Origin: an uncultured Candidatus Saccharibacteria bacterium
GTDB lineage: Bacteria > Patescibacteriota > Minisyncoccia > Phycocordibacterales > UBA9973
DNA length: 64,000 bases
Assembly: GCA_964398205.1 (NCBI GenBank)
Contig: CAYNLU010000001.1
Location: 417-64,416, forward strand
Direction of reading: 5' to 3'
The notes under the pieces: generated by a model
What the model was told of the DNA's origin: nothing
Databases searched by the model: none
The model's input: the letters and a program-made list of their open reading frames with translations, nothing else
Shown here: positions 56,574 through 64,000 of the stretch, in pieces
Layout: the number at the start of each line of letters is the position of its first letter
How positions within the stretch are numbered: the first letter of the stretch is position 1
Program-made: the position numbers and the translations under genes

Positions 56574-57137
56574 TTAGTTTAAAGAAGGGTTTTCAGGAAA
56601 CCAAGTTTTTTCTAAAAGTTCATACTTTGCATTTAGTTTCTTGTACTCTTTTCGCAAAGAATCTATATCTTCTAAAGTAATATTTTCCTCATTAATTTTT
56701 TTACTCAGAAAATCAACTTGTATTTTTAAAAAATAAATTTGTTTTTCTAAATCAGTAGTCTCAGGTATACCGTCCTCTAGAGAAAAACTACCGTGTAGTT
56801 GAAAATTCTTCTTGTTTAATTCTTTTAACTTTTCGGTATCTGAATTTAGTTGATTTAATAAATCTTCCTTTTTTTGAATCAAAGAAACAATATTGTATAG
56901 TTGGTCTTTTAAATCAGTAAAATATTCTTTTTGTTTATCTTGAAATGAATCAATAAAATCATTCATTTTTTCTAATTTTTCGGTATTTTGCATATCCTCC
57001 TCTCTACCTATAATCTTACGAATACGATAATCTTCTTCTAAAGTATCTTCATTGTTTTTTAATAAATCTAAACCTCCCACAATTTTCTTTGCTTCTTCTT
57101 TAGCCTTATCACTTTTAAACCAATTAAATCCTTCCAT
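56574..57137 (-). CDS. hypothetical coiled-coil protein
   Basis: 187 aa, E/K/L-rich heptads. Confidence 0.4.
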   Translation of the reverse strand: MEGFNWFKSDKAKEEAKKIVGGLDLLKNNEDTLEEDYRIRKIIGREEDMQNTEKLEKMNDFIDSFQDKQKEYFTDLKDQLYNIVSLIQKKEDLLNQLNSDTEKLKELNKKNFQLHGSFSLEDGIPETTDLEKQIYFLKIQVDFLSKKINEENITLEDIDSLRKEYKKLNAKYELLEKTWFPENPSLN

Positions 57138-57205
57138 ACCTATATTTTATACCCCAAATACAAAAAGTTCAAATATGTAAAATATTTGAACTTTTTGTAT
57201 TTTTG

Positions 57206-57278
57206 GGTGCCTATCGGGAGTCGAACCCGAATTAGCGGAACCACAACCCGCTGTGTTAACCATTACACCATAGGCACC
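57206..57278 (-). tRNA. tRNA-His (GUG) with an encoded G-1
   Basis: Acceptor GUGCCUA/UAGGCAC with an extra 5' G and discriminator C73. Anticodon arm GCGGG-UUGUGGU-UCCGC. T-arm UCGGG-UUCGACU-CCCGA. Confidence 0.8.
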
Positions 57279-57322
57279 ATGTAGCTATATTTATATCAAA
57301 AATTTGAAATAAATGCTACTTT

Positions 57323-59926
57323 TTAAAATAATTTCTTGTGAATTTGCATTAAATATTTTGCGCCTTCTACTAGTATGAGATTAAGAGCTAACCAAAGAAA
57401 TATGAATGGTACCCAAGAGAGAGGCATCGGTGCGAGAGAAAAAGTCTCTCGCATAAGGGGTACTGTCATAGTAGTTATTAATAAACCGAGCGAAATTAAC
57501 AAACTATAATTCAATTTTCTATTTGCAAATATATTATAAGTCCAAATAGGTTTTGATAAAGAACGGAAAGAGTACGTAATAGCTAAAATATAAGATGAGA
57601 AACAAACGAAGAATATAGAACGAGCCACATCTACTTCTAATCCAATATTAATAAGAAAATAATAAAGGATAAAAAGCAAAACTGAAGACAATATACCAAT
57701 ACCTAAAGTTAAAACTTTTACTTCTTTAGAGAAAATTAACTGCAAGTCTTTCCCGCGATATTTTTCACGATCAATATCTTCATCAAAAGCAAAAGATAAA
57801 GCAGGCAGAGATCCAGTAAAAAGATTTACCCAAATGATTTGTAAAGCTGTTAAAGGCAAGGCTAAATTAAATATGAGACTACCTCCAATCACGAATACTT
57901 CATCAAGAGAGTTAGACATAAGGTAAACAAAACTTTTGCGAATATTAGCAAGGATTTTTCTACCTTCATCGATAGCTAGAGATATAGTTTCAAAATTATC
58001 ATCAAGCAAAACTAAATCCGCAGCAGACTTCGCTACGTCGGAACCTGAGCCGAGTGATATCCCGATATCCATAGCTTTGAGTGCTGGGGAATCGTTCACT
58101 CCGTCGCCAGTCATCGCTACTATCTCCCCTAGTTTTTGATATAGAGTTCCTATACGAAGTTTATCTTCGGGAGTAACTCGAGCAAAGATTTTAATATTTG
58201 TTAATATCTCTATTAATTCTTGGTCTGTCTTTTGACGCAAATCAGATCCAGTTAGGACATTCTCTTTCTCGGCGTGCCAATCTAAATCCTTTGCAACTGA
58301 TAAAGCCGTACCAGCTAAGTCTCCAGTCACTAAAACCATTTTGATTCCATGACTCTCGATATTCTTGATAGCTTGTGGCACTTCAGGTCGAATCGGATCA
58401 AAGAAAACTAAAACTCCTAGAAATTCAACATCTTTTATTTCTTCTATAGAAAACTTTGCATTACTACTTTTCTTTAAACGAGCAAGTCCTATCAATCTTT
58501 TGCCTTGATTACTAGTCTCTTCGATAAAGTCCATAATCCGCATATATTCGTCTTTATTTAATTGAGACAATTTCAAAAGAATATCTGGTGCGCCCATAAT
58601 AGTATAAATATCATTCTCTAAAGCCACTGAAAATTTATTAGTTGAGTTAAAAGGTAAAATTATATTTTTCTTGCTTTCGAAAATAGAATCTACTTCAATG
58701 CCGTGCAAAATAGCGGAACGCACAATATTCACTTCAAAAGGTCTTCCTTTTAAACTCCATTTACTTTTTTCATCATTAATATTTTCAACTATAACGTCGA
58801 CATTATTAAGAGAAGCTTCTATTAAAGATTTTTCATCCGCATCAAAATTATTCTTATCAAAATCTTTAATATTATTTATAATGCTATTTTTAGTTTTGAG
58901 GTCCACTAACTGCATATCAGCTTTAGTTAAAGTTCCGGTTTTATCAGTCATAATAAGCGTAGTTGAGCCTAAAGTTTCAGCTGCGGAAAGTTTACGAACA
59001 ATCCCCTTTTTATTTGCTATACGGGTTGCTCCGATTGCAAGTATGACTGTTAATACTATAGGTAAAGCCTCAGGTACAGCTCCTACCGCAACTGCAGAAG
59101 CTAATACAAGCATAGGTAATAATTCTTCTCCTCTCGAAATTCCTAAAAATAAAATTCCCAAAACTATAATTATAACTAAACCGAAAATAAACCAAGCAAG
59201 TTTGCTTACGTTTTTTTGTAGCGGAGTTTCACTACGTTCTACTTTTGAAACAATACCAGCGATTTTACCTATCTCCGTATTGTTCCCAGTCGCATATACA
59301 ATAGCCTCTCCATAACCTTCAACTACTAAAGTCCCTGCATGCACTATATTTTTACGTTCAACTAATTCAGTTCCTATATCTAAAACCGAATCTTCTTTCT
59401 CTATAGGTAATGATTCTCCTGTAAGAATAGCTTCATCAACACGCAAGTTATTTGAAAATAAAACTCGAGCATCGGCTGGGATACGAGAACCATATGACAA
59501 CTTTAAAATATCTCCGGGCACTATTGAATCAGAGTCTACTTCTGCTTCTTTACCTTTACGAACTACCTTTGATCTATCTTTTATATAGCTAGTAAGTTTA
59601 TCTAAAGTATTCTCAGCGTGATATTCATGATAAAAACCTAAACCTATATTAATAAACACCACAGCTAAAATAACAAAAGTATCAATCAACTCAGACAGGA
59701 AAAAGCTTACGATCGAAGCAACAATCAATAAAAATATTAAAGGACTTTTAAATTGCTTAAAGAAAATACTAAAAATAGATTTCTTTTCTTTATTATGAAA
59801 AGTATTAGTACCGTATTTAACTAAACGTATTTCTACTTCTTCTTCATTTAATCCTTTTTCACTAGAATTCAAACTTTGAAATGCCTTTTCTTTATCAAAA
59901 CCCCAAATTTGCAAAAAATGTTCCAT
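57323..59926 (-). CDS. P-type (E1-E2) cation-transporting ATPase, P2 (Ca2+/Mg2+)-like
   Basis: Phosphorylation site DKTGTLT, hinge MTGDGVNDSPALKAMDIG, 10 TM segments, 867 aa. Confidence 0.9.
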   Translation of the reverse strand: MEHFLQIWGFDKEKAFQSLNSSEKGLNEEEVEIRLVKYGTNTFHNKEKKSIFSIFFKQFKSPLIFLLIVASIVSFFLSELIDTFVILAVVFINIGLGFYHEYHAENTLDKLTSYIKDRSKVVRKGKEAEVDSDSIVPGDILKLSYGSRIPADARVLFSNNLRVDEAILTGESLPIEKEDSVLDIGTELVERKNIVHAGTLVVEGYGEAIVYATGNNTEIGKIAGIVSKVERSETPLQKNVSKLAWFIFGLVIIIVLGILFLGISRGEELLPMLVLASAVAVGAVPEALPIVLTVILAIGATRIANKKGIVRKLSAAETLGSTTLIMTDKTGTLTKADMQLVDLKTKNSIINNIKDFDKNNFDADEKSLIEASLNNVDVIVENINDEKSKWSLKGRPFEVNIVRSAILHGIEVDSIFESKKNIILPFNSTNKFSVALENDIYTIMGAPDILLKLSQLNKDEYMRIMDFIEETSNQGKRLIGLARLKKSSNAKFSIEEIKDVEFLGVLVFFDPIRPEVPQAIKNIESHGIKMVLVTGDLAGTALSVAKDLDWHAEKENVLTGSDLRQKTDQELIEILTNIKIFARVTPEDKLRIGTLYQKLGEIVAMTGDGVNDSPALKAMDIGISLGSGSDVAKSAADLVLLDDNFETISLAIDEGRKILANIRKSFVYLMSNSLDEVFVIGGSLIFNLALPLTALQIIWVNLFTGSLPALSFAFDEDIDREKYRGKDLQLIFSKEVKVLTLGIGILSSVLLFILYYFLINIGLEVDVARSIFFVCFSSYILAITYSFRSLSKPIWTYNIFANRKLNYSLLISLGLLITTMTVPLMRETFSLAPMPLSWVPFIFLWLALNLILVEGAKYLMQIHKKLF

Positions 59927-60372
59927 ATTGAGATTTTAACATAAAACGCTTGCATAAAAAATCGATAATGCTATAATAATATCGTGCAATTAAATATGAA
60001 TAATTTAATAAAGAAATCTTACGGGAATCACATTCTCTCTATTTCTATTATTAAATCTCTCTTTACCCAAGAGAACTTGAAGATTCATATTTAATTTTTA
60101 CTCTCAAAAAAATAAAAGTTAAATACGAGTCCTCAAGTGAGGACTTTGTTCATTTTATTTAACAATTAAAAAATTATGCTATGTTTGCATTATTTTTAGC
60201 AAAGGCTTTAACCGTACGCCTAGACGGTTTTTTACTTAAAAATTATAAAAAGCAAAACCCAGATGATGAGTATTGCAATATCTGCAAAAGCCATCACAAA
60301 CCAGGGCATTGCCCCCTCGAATGAGGAAAACTACTGAGTAGGTAAAGAAAAATTATTTCTTTACCTACTTTT

Positions 60373-60831
60373 TTATTTTACAAATACTTCAAAAAGATTT
60401 ACGAAATCGTACGCTTCTATAGTTAATAGAAAAATAAGTGAACAAATAAATGCCGATACCAAGCACCAAGAACAGAATTTACGCAATATAAAAATCTGCA
60501 CTAGTATTAAATACATAGAGAAAAGAAAAGCGAAAACTGAAAGCAATACTAAAAATACTACATAAACTTGAGGTAATACTGATCCTAAAAATGCTAAAGC
60601 TAAATAAGAAGAAAAAATAAAAATATAATAAATCATTCCAAAAACTTCAACCGGCACTCCCAAGAATTTAGAATAATCACTATGCACCACAGTCTGACAA
60701 TCAAACTTAATAGGGCAAATGAGAGGGCGATCTGCTCTCTTTTCTTTATAAATATGCCTTGCAACAAAGAATCCAAACAAGGCTAAAATAGCAGTCGCTA
60801 ATTTAAAAAATACAAATTTATTAAATATCAT
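60373..60831 (-). CDS. vitamin K epoxide reductase (VKOR) family protein
   Basis: Loop cysteines CPIKFDC plus TM CSWC (CxxC). Four-helix membrane protein, 152 aa. Confidence 0.65.
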   Translation of the reverse strand: MIFNKFVFFKLATAILALFGFFVARHIYKEKRADRPLICPIKFDCQTVVHSDYSKFLGVPVEVFGMIYYIFIFSSYLALAFLGSVLPQVYVVFLVLLSVFAFLFSMYLILVQIFILRKFCSWCLVSAFICSLIFLLTIEAYDFVNLFEVFVK

Positions 60832-60868
60832 ATTTAATAAATATAACAGATTTTAAAAGAAAAATAAA

Positions 60869-62368
60869 TTAATTTGATAATTCAGATTCAAGAATTTTTA
60901 CTCTTTCTTTGAGAGCTTCTAATCGAGCACGATATCCTGCTATTTCATCTTGTTGCTCTTGTATGGCTTTCGTCATAGGGGCAATTAACTCAGTATACCT
61001 CATAGTCTTACCTCTAAACTCCGTATTATCAGTCAAAACAATATTAGTATTCTTACCTATAGCACTTTCTACTTCTTGAGCTATGAAGCCGTAGTCTATA
61101 CCATTACCTTGTTTCATAGTATATGATACTGGACGTAGTTTCTTTATGAATTCTAGACCTAAGTCTGAGTCGTTTATGTTTTCTTTGAGGCGGAGGTCGG
61201 AAGGGAAAGACCAAGCCACCTGTAAATCTATAGAAGTTACATTAGTATCACCAATACGAACAGCATTAGAATTATTTGCCACTGCCCCATACCCAATAGC
61301 AATTGCATTACTAAGACTACTTGTTGAAGTCTCTGCATCATATCCTATAGCAGTATTATTATTACCAGTTACATTTGTAGATAAAGCACTAGTTCCAACT
61401 GCTGTATTAGAATCTCCAGTATTATAGTAAAGTGTATTCATTCCTAAACTAGTATTATCATTACCTGGTGGATTAGCTAATAACGAATTTGTACCGATAG
61501 CTGTATTATTATTACCTACAGAGTTATAAAGCAAAGTCGCATAACCAGCTGCTGTATTATTAGAACCTGTATTTATTTTCCATGAAGAATAACTTCCTAA
61601 AGCTGTATTATTAGAACCAGAAGAAAGACTTATCATAGAAGAATAACCAACTCCTGTATTATTAATACCGGTTACAGTTAAATTACCAGCACTTAATCCA
61701 GCAAATATATTACCTGTACCTGTATTATGCATAAACAAAGTAGAACCTCTATAAATATTTGTATTACTACCTAATACAACATTATCTAAAACATTAAACA
61801 AAGAAACTACGGCTCCTGCATCAACCCAACCATTATTTCCAGAACTCGCTCCATTTACTGCTGTTGTTACAAAAGCAGTGGTAGCTAATTTATCGCTATT
61901 ATCATTACTACTTGGAGTTGGGGCTTGCAATGAACCTAAAAAGGTAGGTCCATCTAAATTAGCTTTTAAGTTTAAAGCAGAATTAAGATCAGCTTGCTGA
62001 GTATATAAGTCACCGTTCACATTACCAATACTACCCCAAACAGTTCCAGACCCAGCTCCCAAGTTCTGCCAAGTAGCATTACCATAAGCATCAGAAGTTA
62101 GAACTTTACTAGCTCCTGCTCCTGTAGGAATTTGAATAGTATTATCAAATATTACCGGGCCCAATACTCGAAAACCATTTACTACCATCAAACCATTTTT
62201 AGTTTGATAATCAGGCCCTACATTGATAGGATAAGAAATATTATTATTAGGTGGAGTAGAGCTTGTATTAAAAAATAGTGCTGAAACCGAGTCCGCAAAA
62301 GAAAACACCATCATAAATAAAATGATTAAAGTAATTAATATTTTATGTTTTAAAAAGTTATTTGGCAT
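60869..62368 (-). CDS. fibre-like surface protein with Gly/Asn/Thr repeats and a C-terminal peptidase S74 (tail-fibre intramolecular chaperone) domain; paralog 1
   Basis: Signal/TM anchor, KVLTSDA.G.ATW and LATTAFV motifs, repeats G.NNTA.G, and C-terminal SDLRLKENI...YGFIAQEVE chaperone-domain signature followed by a coiled-coil. Confidence 0.7.
   Translation of the reverse strand: MPNNFLKHKILITLIILFMMVFSFADSVSALFFNTSSTPPNNNISYPINVGPDYQTKNGLMVVNGFRVLGPVIFDNTIQIPTGAGASKVLTSDAYGNATWQNLGAGSGTVWGSIGNVNGDLYTQQADLNSALNLKANLDGPTFLGSLQAPTPSSNDNSDKLATTAFVTTAVNGASSGNNGWVDAGAVVSLFNVLDNVVLGSNTNIYRGSTLFMHNTGTGNIFAGLSAGNLTVTGINNTGVGYSSMISLSSGSNNTALGSYSSWKINTGSNNTAAGYATLLYNSVGNNNTAIGTNSLLANPPGNDNTSLGMNTLYYNTGDSNTAVGTSALSTNVTGNNNTAIGYDAETSTSSLSNAIAIGYGAVANNSNAVRIGDTNVTSIDLQVAWSFPSDLRLKENINDSDLGLEFIKKLRPVSYTMKQGNGIDYGFIAQEVESAIGKNTNIVLTDNTEFRGKTMRYTELIAPMTKAIQEQQDEIAGYRARLEALKERVKILESELSN
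61016..61204. repeat. 189-bp segment 100% identical to 62519-62707 (encodes the S74 chaperone core of both paralogs)
   Basis: Verified by direct reading of both copies. Flanks diverge on both sides. Confidence 0.85.
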
Positions 62369-63943
62369 TTAATTTTTATTTTTTAAACTTTCTAAATATT
62401 CGACTCGTTTTTCATATTCTTCAACAGTTTTTTTATACTCTTCTATCACCTCTTGTTGTTCTTGGATTGCTTTAGTTAAAGGAGAAATTAAACTTGCATA
62501 ACGTAAAGTTTTCATACCAAACTCCGTATTATCAGTCAAAACAATATTAGTATTCTTACCTATAGCACTTTCTACTTCTTGAGCTATGAAGCCGTAGTCT
62601 ATACCATTACCTTGTTTCATAGTATATGATACTGGACGTAGTTTCTTTATGAATTCTAGACCTAAGTCTGAGTCGTTTATGTTTTCTTTGAGGCGGAGGT
62701 CGGAAGGAACTGAGTAATTAACTTGTCCTTCTATAACCGAAGTAGCTCCTCCATTATTAGGATCAGTATCATTATCAGGATTACCAATCCTAATTTTATT
62801 AGAATTAATAACTTCAATATTGTGACCAATAGCGGTACTATTACTGTAAAGATTAGCTACCCCTGCACTATATCCGATAGCAGTATTAACGTCACCGATT
62901 TGATTGTAACTTAAAGTTAAAGCTCCAACTCCAGTATTATTATTTCCAGAAGTATTCGGATACAAAGCATTATAACCAATAGCTACATTAGAATCTCCAC
63001 TAGTATTACTATACAAAGAATTAGCTCCAGCAGAAGTAAGATAATACCCATCATTTAAATTATTAAAAGCGGATTTATAGCCTAAAGCAATATTTTGACC
63101 TACAGCATTTGCTCCTGTGTTATACAAAGATTGATATCCTAAAGCAACCATCTGACCTGTAGATCCGTTTAATAACCTTAAAGCTCCCTCTCCAATACCC
63201 ACAGTATGACTAGAAACAGTACCTGAAATTGGACCAGCGCTCTTACCTAAAAATAAATTATACGAACCATAAGTATGTAAAAATCTTTCACTAGAAGCTG
63301 GAGAACCTACAGCATCAGATTTATATAAAACTGTATTACTTTCTAATTTAAGGTTATCAGTTAGAGTTGTTAAGGTTACGTTATTACCTGAATCTGTCCA
63401 ACCTCCTCCTGAGTTAGAACCTAAAAGAATTGCGTTATTTACAAAGGCAGTAGTAGCTAATCTAGTTGAATTATCTGAACCTGGAATTGCATTTAATGCT
63501 CTTGGTATGCCTGTAAAAATATTTAATCCTGACAAATTAGCTTTAGTGTTTAATGCTGATTGTAAATCTATTTGATTAGCTAAAGTTCCAGAAATTGAAC
63601 CCCAATTAATTTGCAAACTACTAGTTTGAGTTTTCCAGGTGGCAAAACCTTGCGCATCGGAGGTTAGAACCTTACCGGCTCCATACCCCGAAATCGGCAA
63701 AAGTAAGGTTGTATCGAAAATCACAGGCCCTAAAGATCTAAAACCTTCATCTATAACTAAAGCTCCTAGTTTTTGCTGAGAAGATAAACTTGTATTAAAT
63801 ACCGGCAAAAATCTAGAAGAACTTACTCCAGGGTTAGTATTCGGTATTTGCCAACCAGCAAAAGCAGTCAAAGTAAAAGAAATAAATAAAATTATTATTA
63901 CTAACTTTCCAACATATTTAATTTTAAATTTATTAAAATTCAT
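62369..63943 (-). CDS. fibre-like surface protein with C-terminal peptidase S74 chaperone domain; paralog 2
   Basis: Same architecture as paralog 1, with a divergent repeat region and an identical 62-aa chaperone core. Confidence 0.7.
   Translation of the reverse strand: MNFNKFKIKYVGKLVIIILFISFTLTAFAGWQIPNTNPGVSSSRFLPVFNTSLSSQQKLGALVIDEGFRSLGPVIFDTTLLLPISGYGAGKVLTSDAQGFATWKTQTSSLQINWGSISGTLANQIDLQSALNTKANLSGLNIFTGIPRALNAIPGSDNSTRLATTAFVNNAILLGSNSGGGWTDSGNNVTLTTLTDNLKLESNTVLYKSDAVGSPASSERFLHTYGSYNLFLGKSAGPISGTVSSHTVGIGEGALRLLNGSTGQMVALGYQSLYNTGANAVGQNIALGYKSAFNNLNDGYYLTSAGANSLYSNTSGDSNVAIGYNALYPNTSGNNNTGVGALTLSYNQIGDVNTAIGYSAGVANLYSNSTAIGHNIEVINSNKIRIGNPDNDTDPNNGGATSVIEGQVNYSVPSDLRLKENINDSDLGLEFIKKLRPVSYTMKQGNGIDYGFIAQEVESAIGKNTNIVLTDNTEFGMKTLRYASLISPLTKAIQEQQEVIEEYKKTVEEYEKRVEYLESLKNKN
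62519..62707. repeat. second copy of the 189-bp identical segment
   Basis: See 61016-61204. Confidence 0.85.
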
Positions 63944-64000
63944 TATTTTAATTTATTTTCTAATTCAACTAATCTTTTCTCAAAATCTTGTAATTCTTTC
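63943..64000 (-). CDS. 3' end of a third, partial fibre-like paralog (coiled-coil C-terminus ...KELQDFEKRLVELENKLK)
   Basis: Open minus-strand frame running to the window edge. The TAA stop at 63943-63945 overlaps the ATG of paralog 2 (TAATG). Confidence 0.4.
   Translation of the reverse strand, partial: KELQDFEKRLVELENKLK

Noticed and set aside
60869-64000. Prophage interpretation of the fibre-gene array
   Set aside because: No capsid, portal, terminase, tail tube or integrase genes lie in or near the array. The neighbours are VKOR and a P-type ATPase. They are treated as cellular surface fibres that borrow the S74 chaperone module.
1-64000. CRISPR arrays or rRNA genes
   Set aside because: No regularly spaced direct repeats with unique spacers were seen, and no rRNA-like conserved stretches. 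None are reported.

Overview
This 64 kb window is AT-rich (roughly 30% GC by eye). Gene content and order suggest a small-genome bacterium of the CPR/Patescibacteria type (inference only). Supporting signs: no rpmD (L30) between rpsE and rplO, no rplA after rplK, a Zn-type S14, and archaeal-type UMP and CMP kinases. Most genes are on the minus strand.

The central feature is a str/S10/spc ribosomal-protein supercluster (rpsL, rpsG, fusA, tuf, rpsJ through rplO, then secY). It is unusually broken up. Foreign-looking cassettes sit between rpsG and fusA (a Zn-ribbon protein), between fusA and tuf (a MacAB/HlyD-like tripartite ABC exporter plus two hypotheticals), and between rplB and rpsS (a 2.7 kb insert). 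Each block ends in its own terminator hairpin. A shared promoter motif, TTGACT-N16/17-TA(G/A)TAT, precedes tuf, rpsS and rpsN.

Other recognisable content:
- ftsH, smpB followed immediately by ssrA (tmRNA), and infC-rpmI-rplT.
- A nucleotide-kinase cluster: ndk, adk, archaeal-type pyrH and cmk, with map.
- A dTMP-synthesis cluster: thyA-folA, with dCMP deaminase and a MazG-like gene on the opposite strand.
- secE-nusG-rplK, murB, an FKBP, a SIMPL protein, tsaC, a P-type ATPase, and a VKOR family protein.
- Two tRNAs: His-GUG and an unusual Ile-UAU.

Most interesting observations:
1. A tight three-gene operon of unknown function (2314-4882). It is flanked by tRNA-Ile(UAU), an HTH/LAGLIDADG-like gene and a 420-nt GC-rich, highly structured element. 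This is a candidate accessory island or novel system.
2. A secreted-protein gene (29877-30614) whose reading frame continues for 115 codons in the -1 frame, exactly at a canonical A_AAA_AAC slippery heptamer. This is either programmed frameshifting or a homopolymer frameshift.
3. Tandem paralogous fibre-like surface proteins (60869-64000) with phage tail-fibre S74 intramolecular-chaperone C-termini and a 189-bp 100%-identical repeat.
4. A 22-bp perfect inverted repeat enclosing a GC-rich 56-nt core downstream of map (18194-18293).
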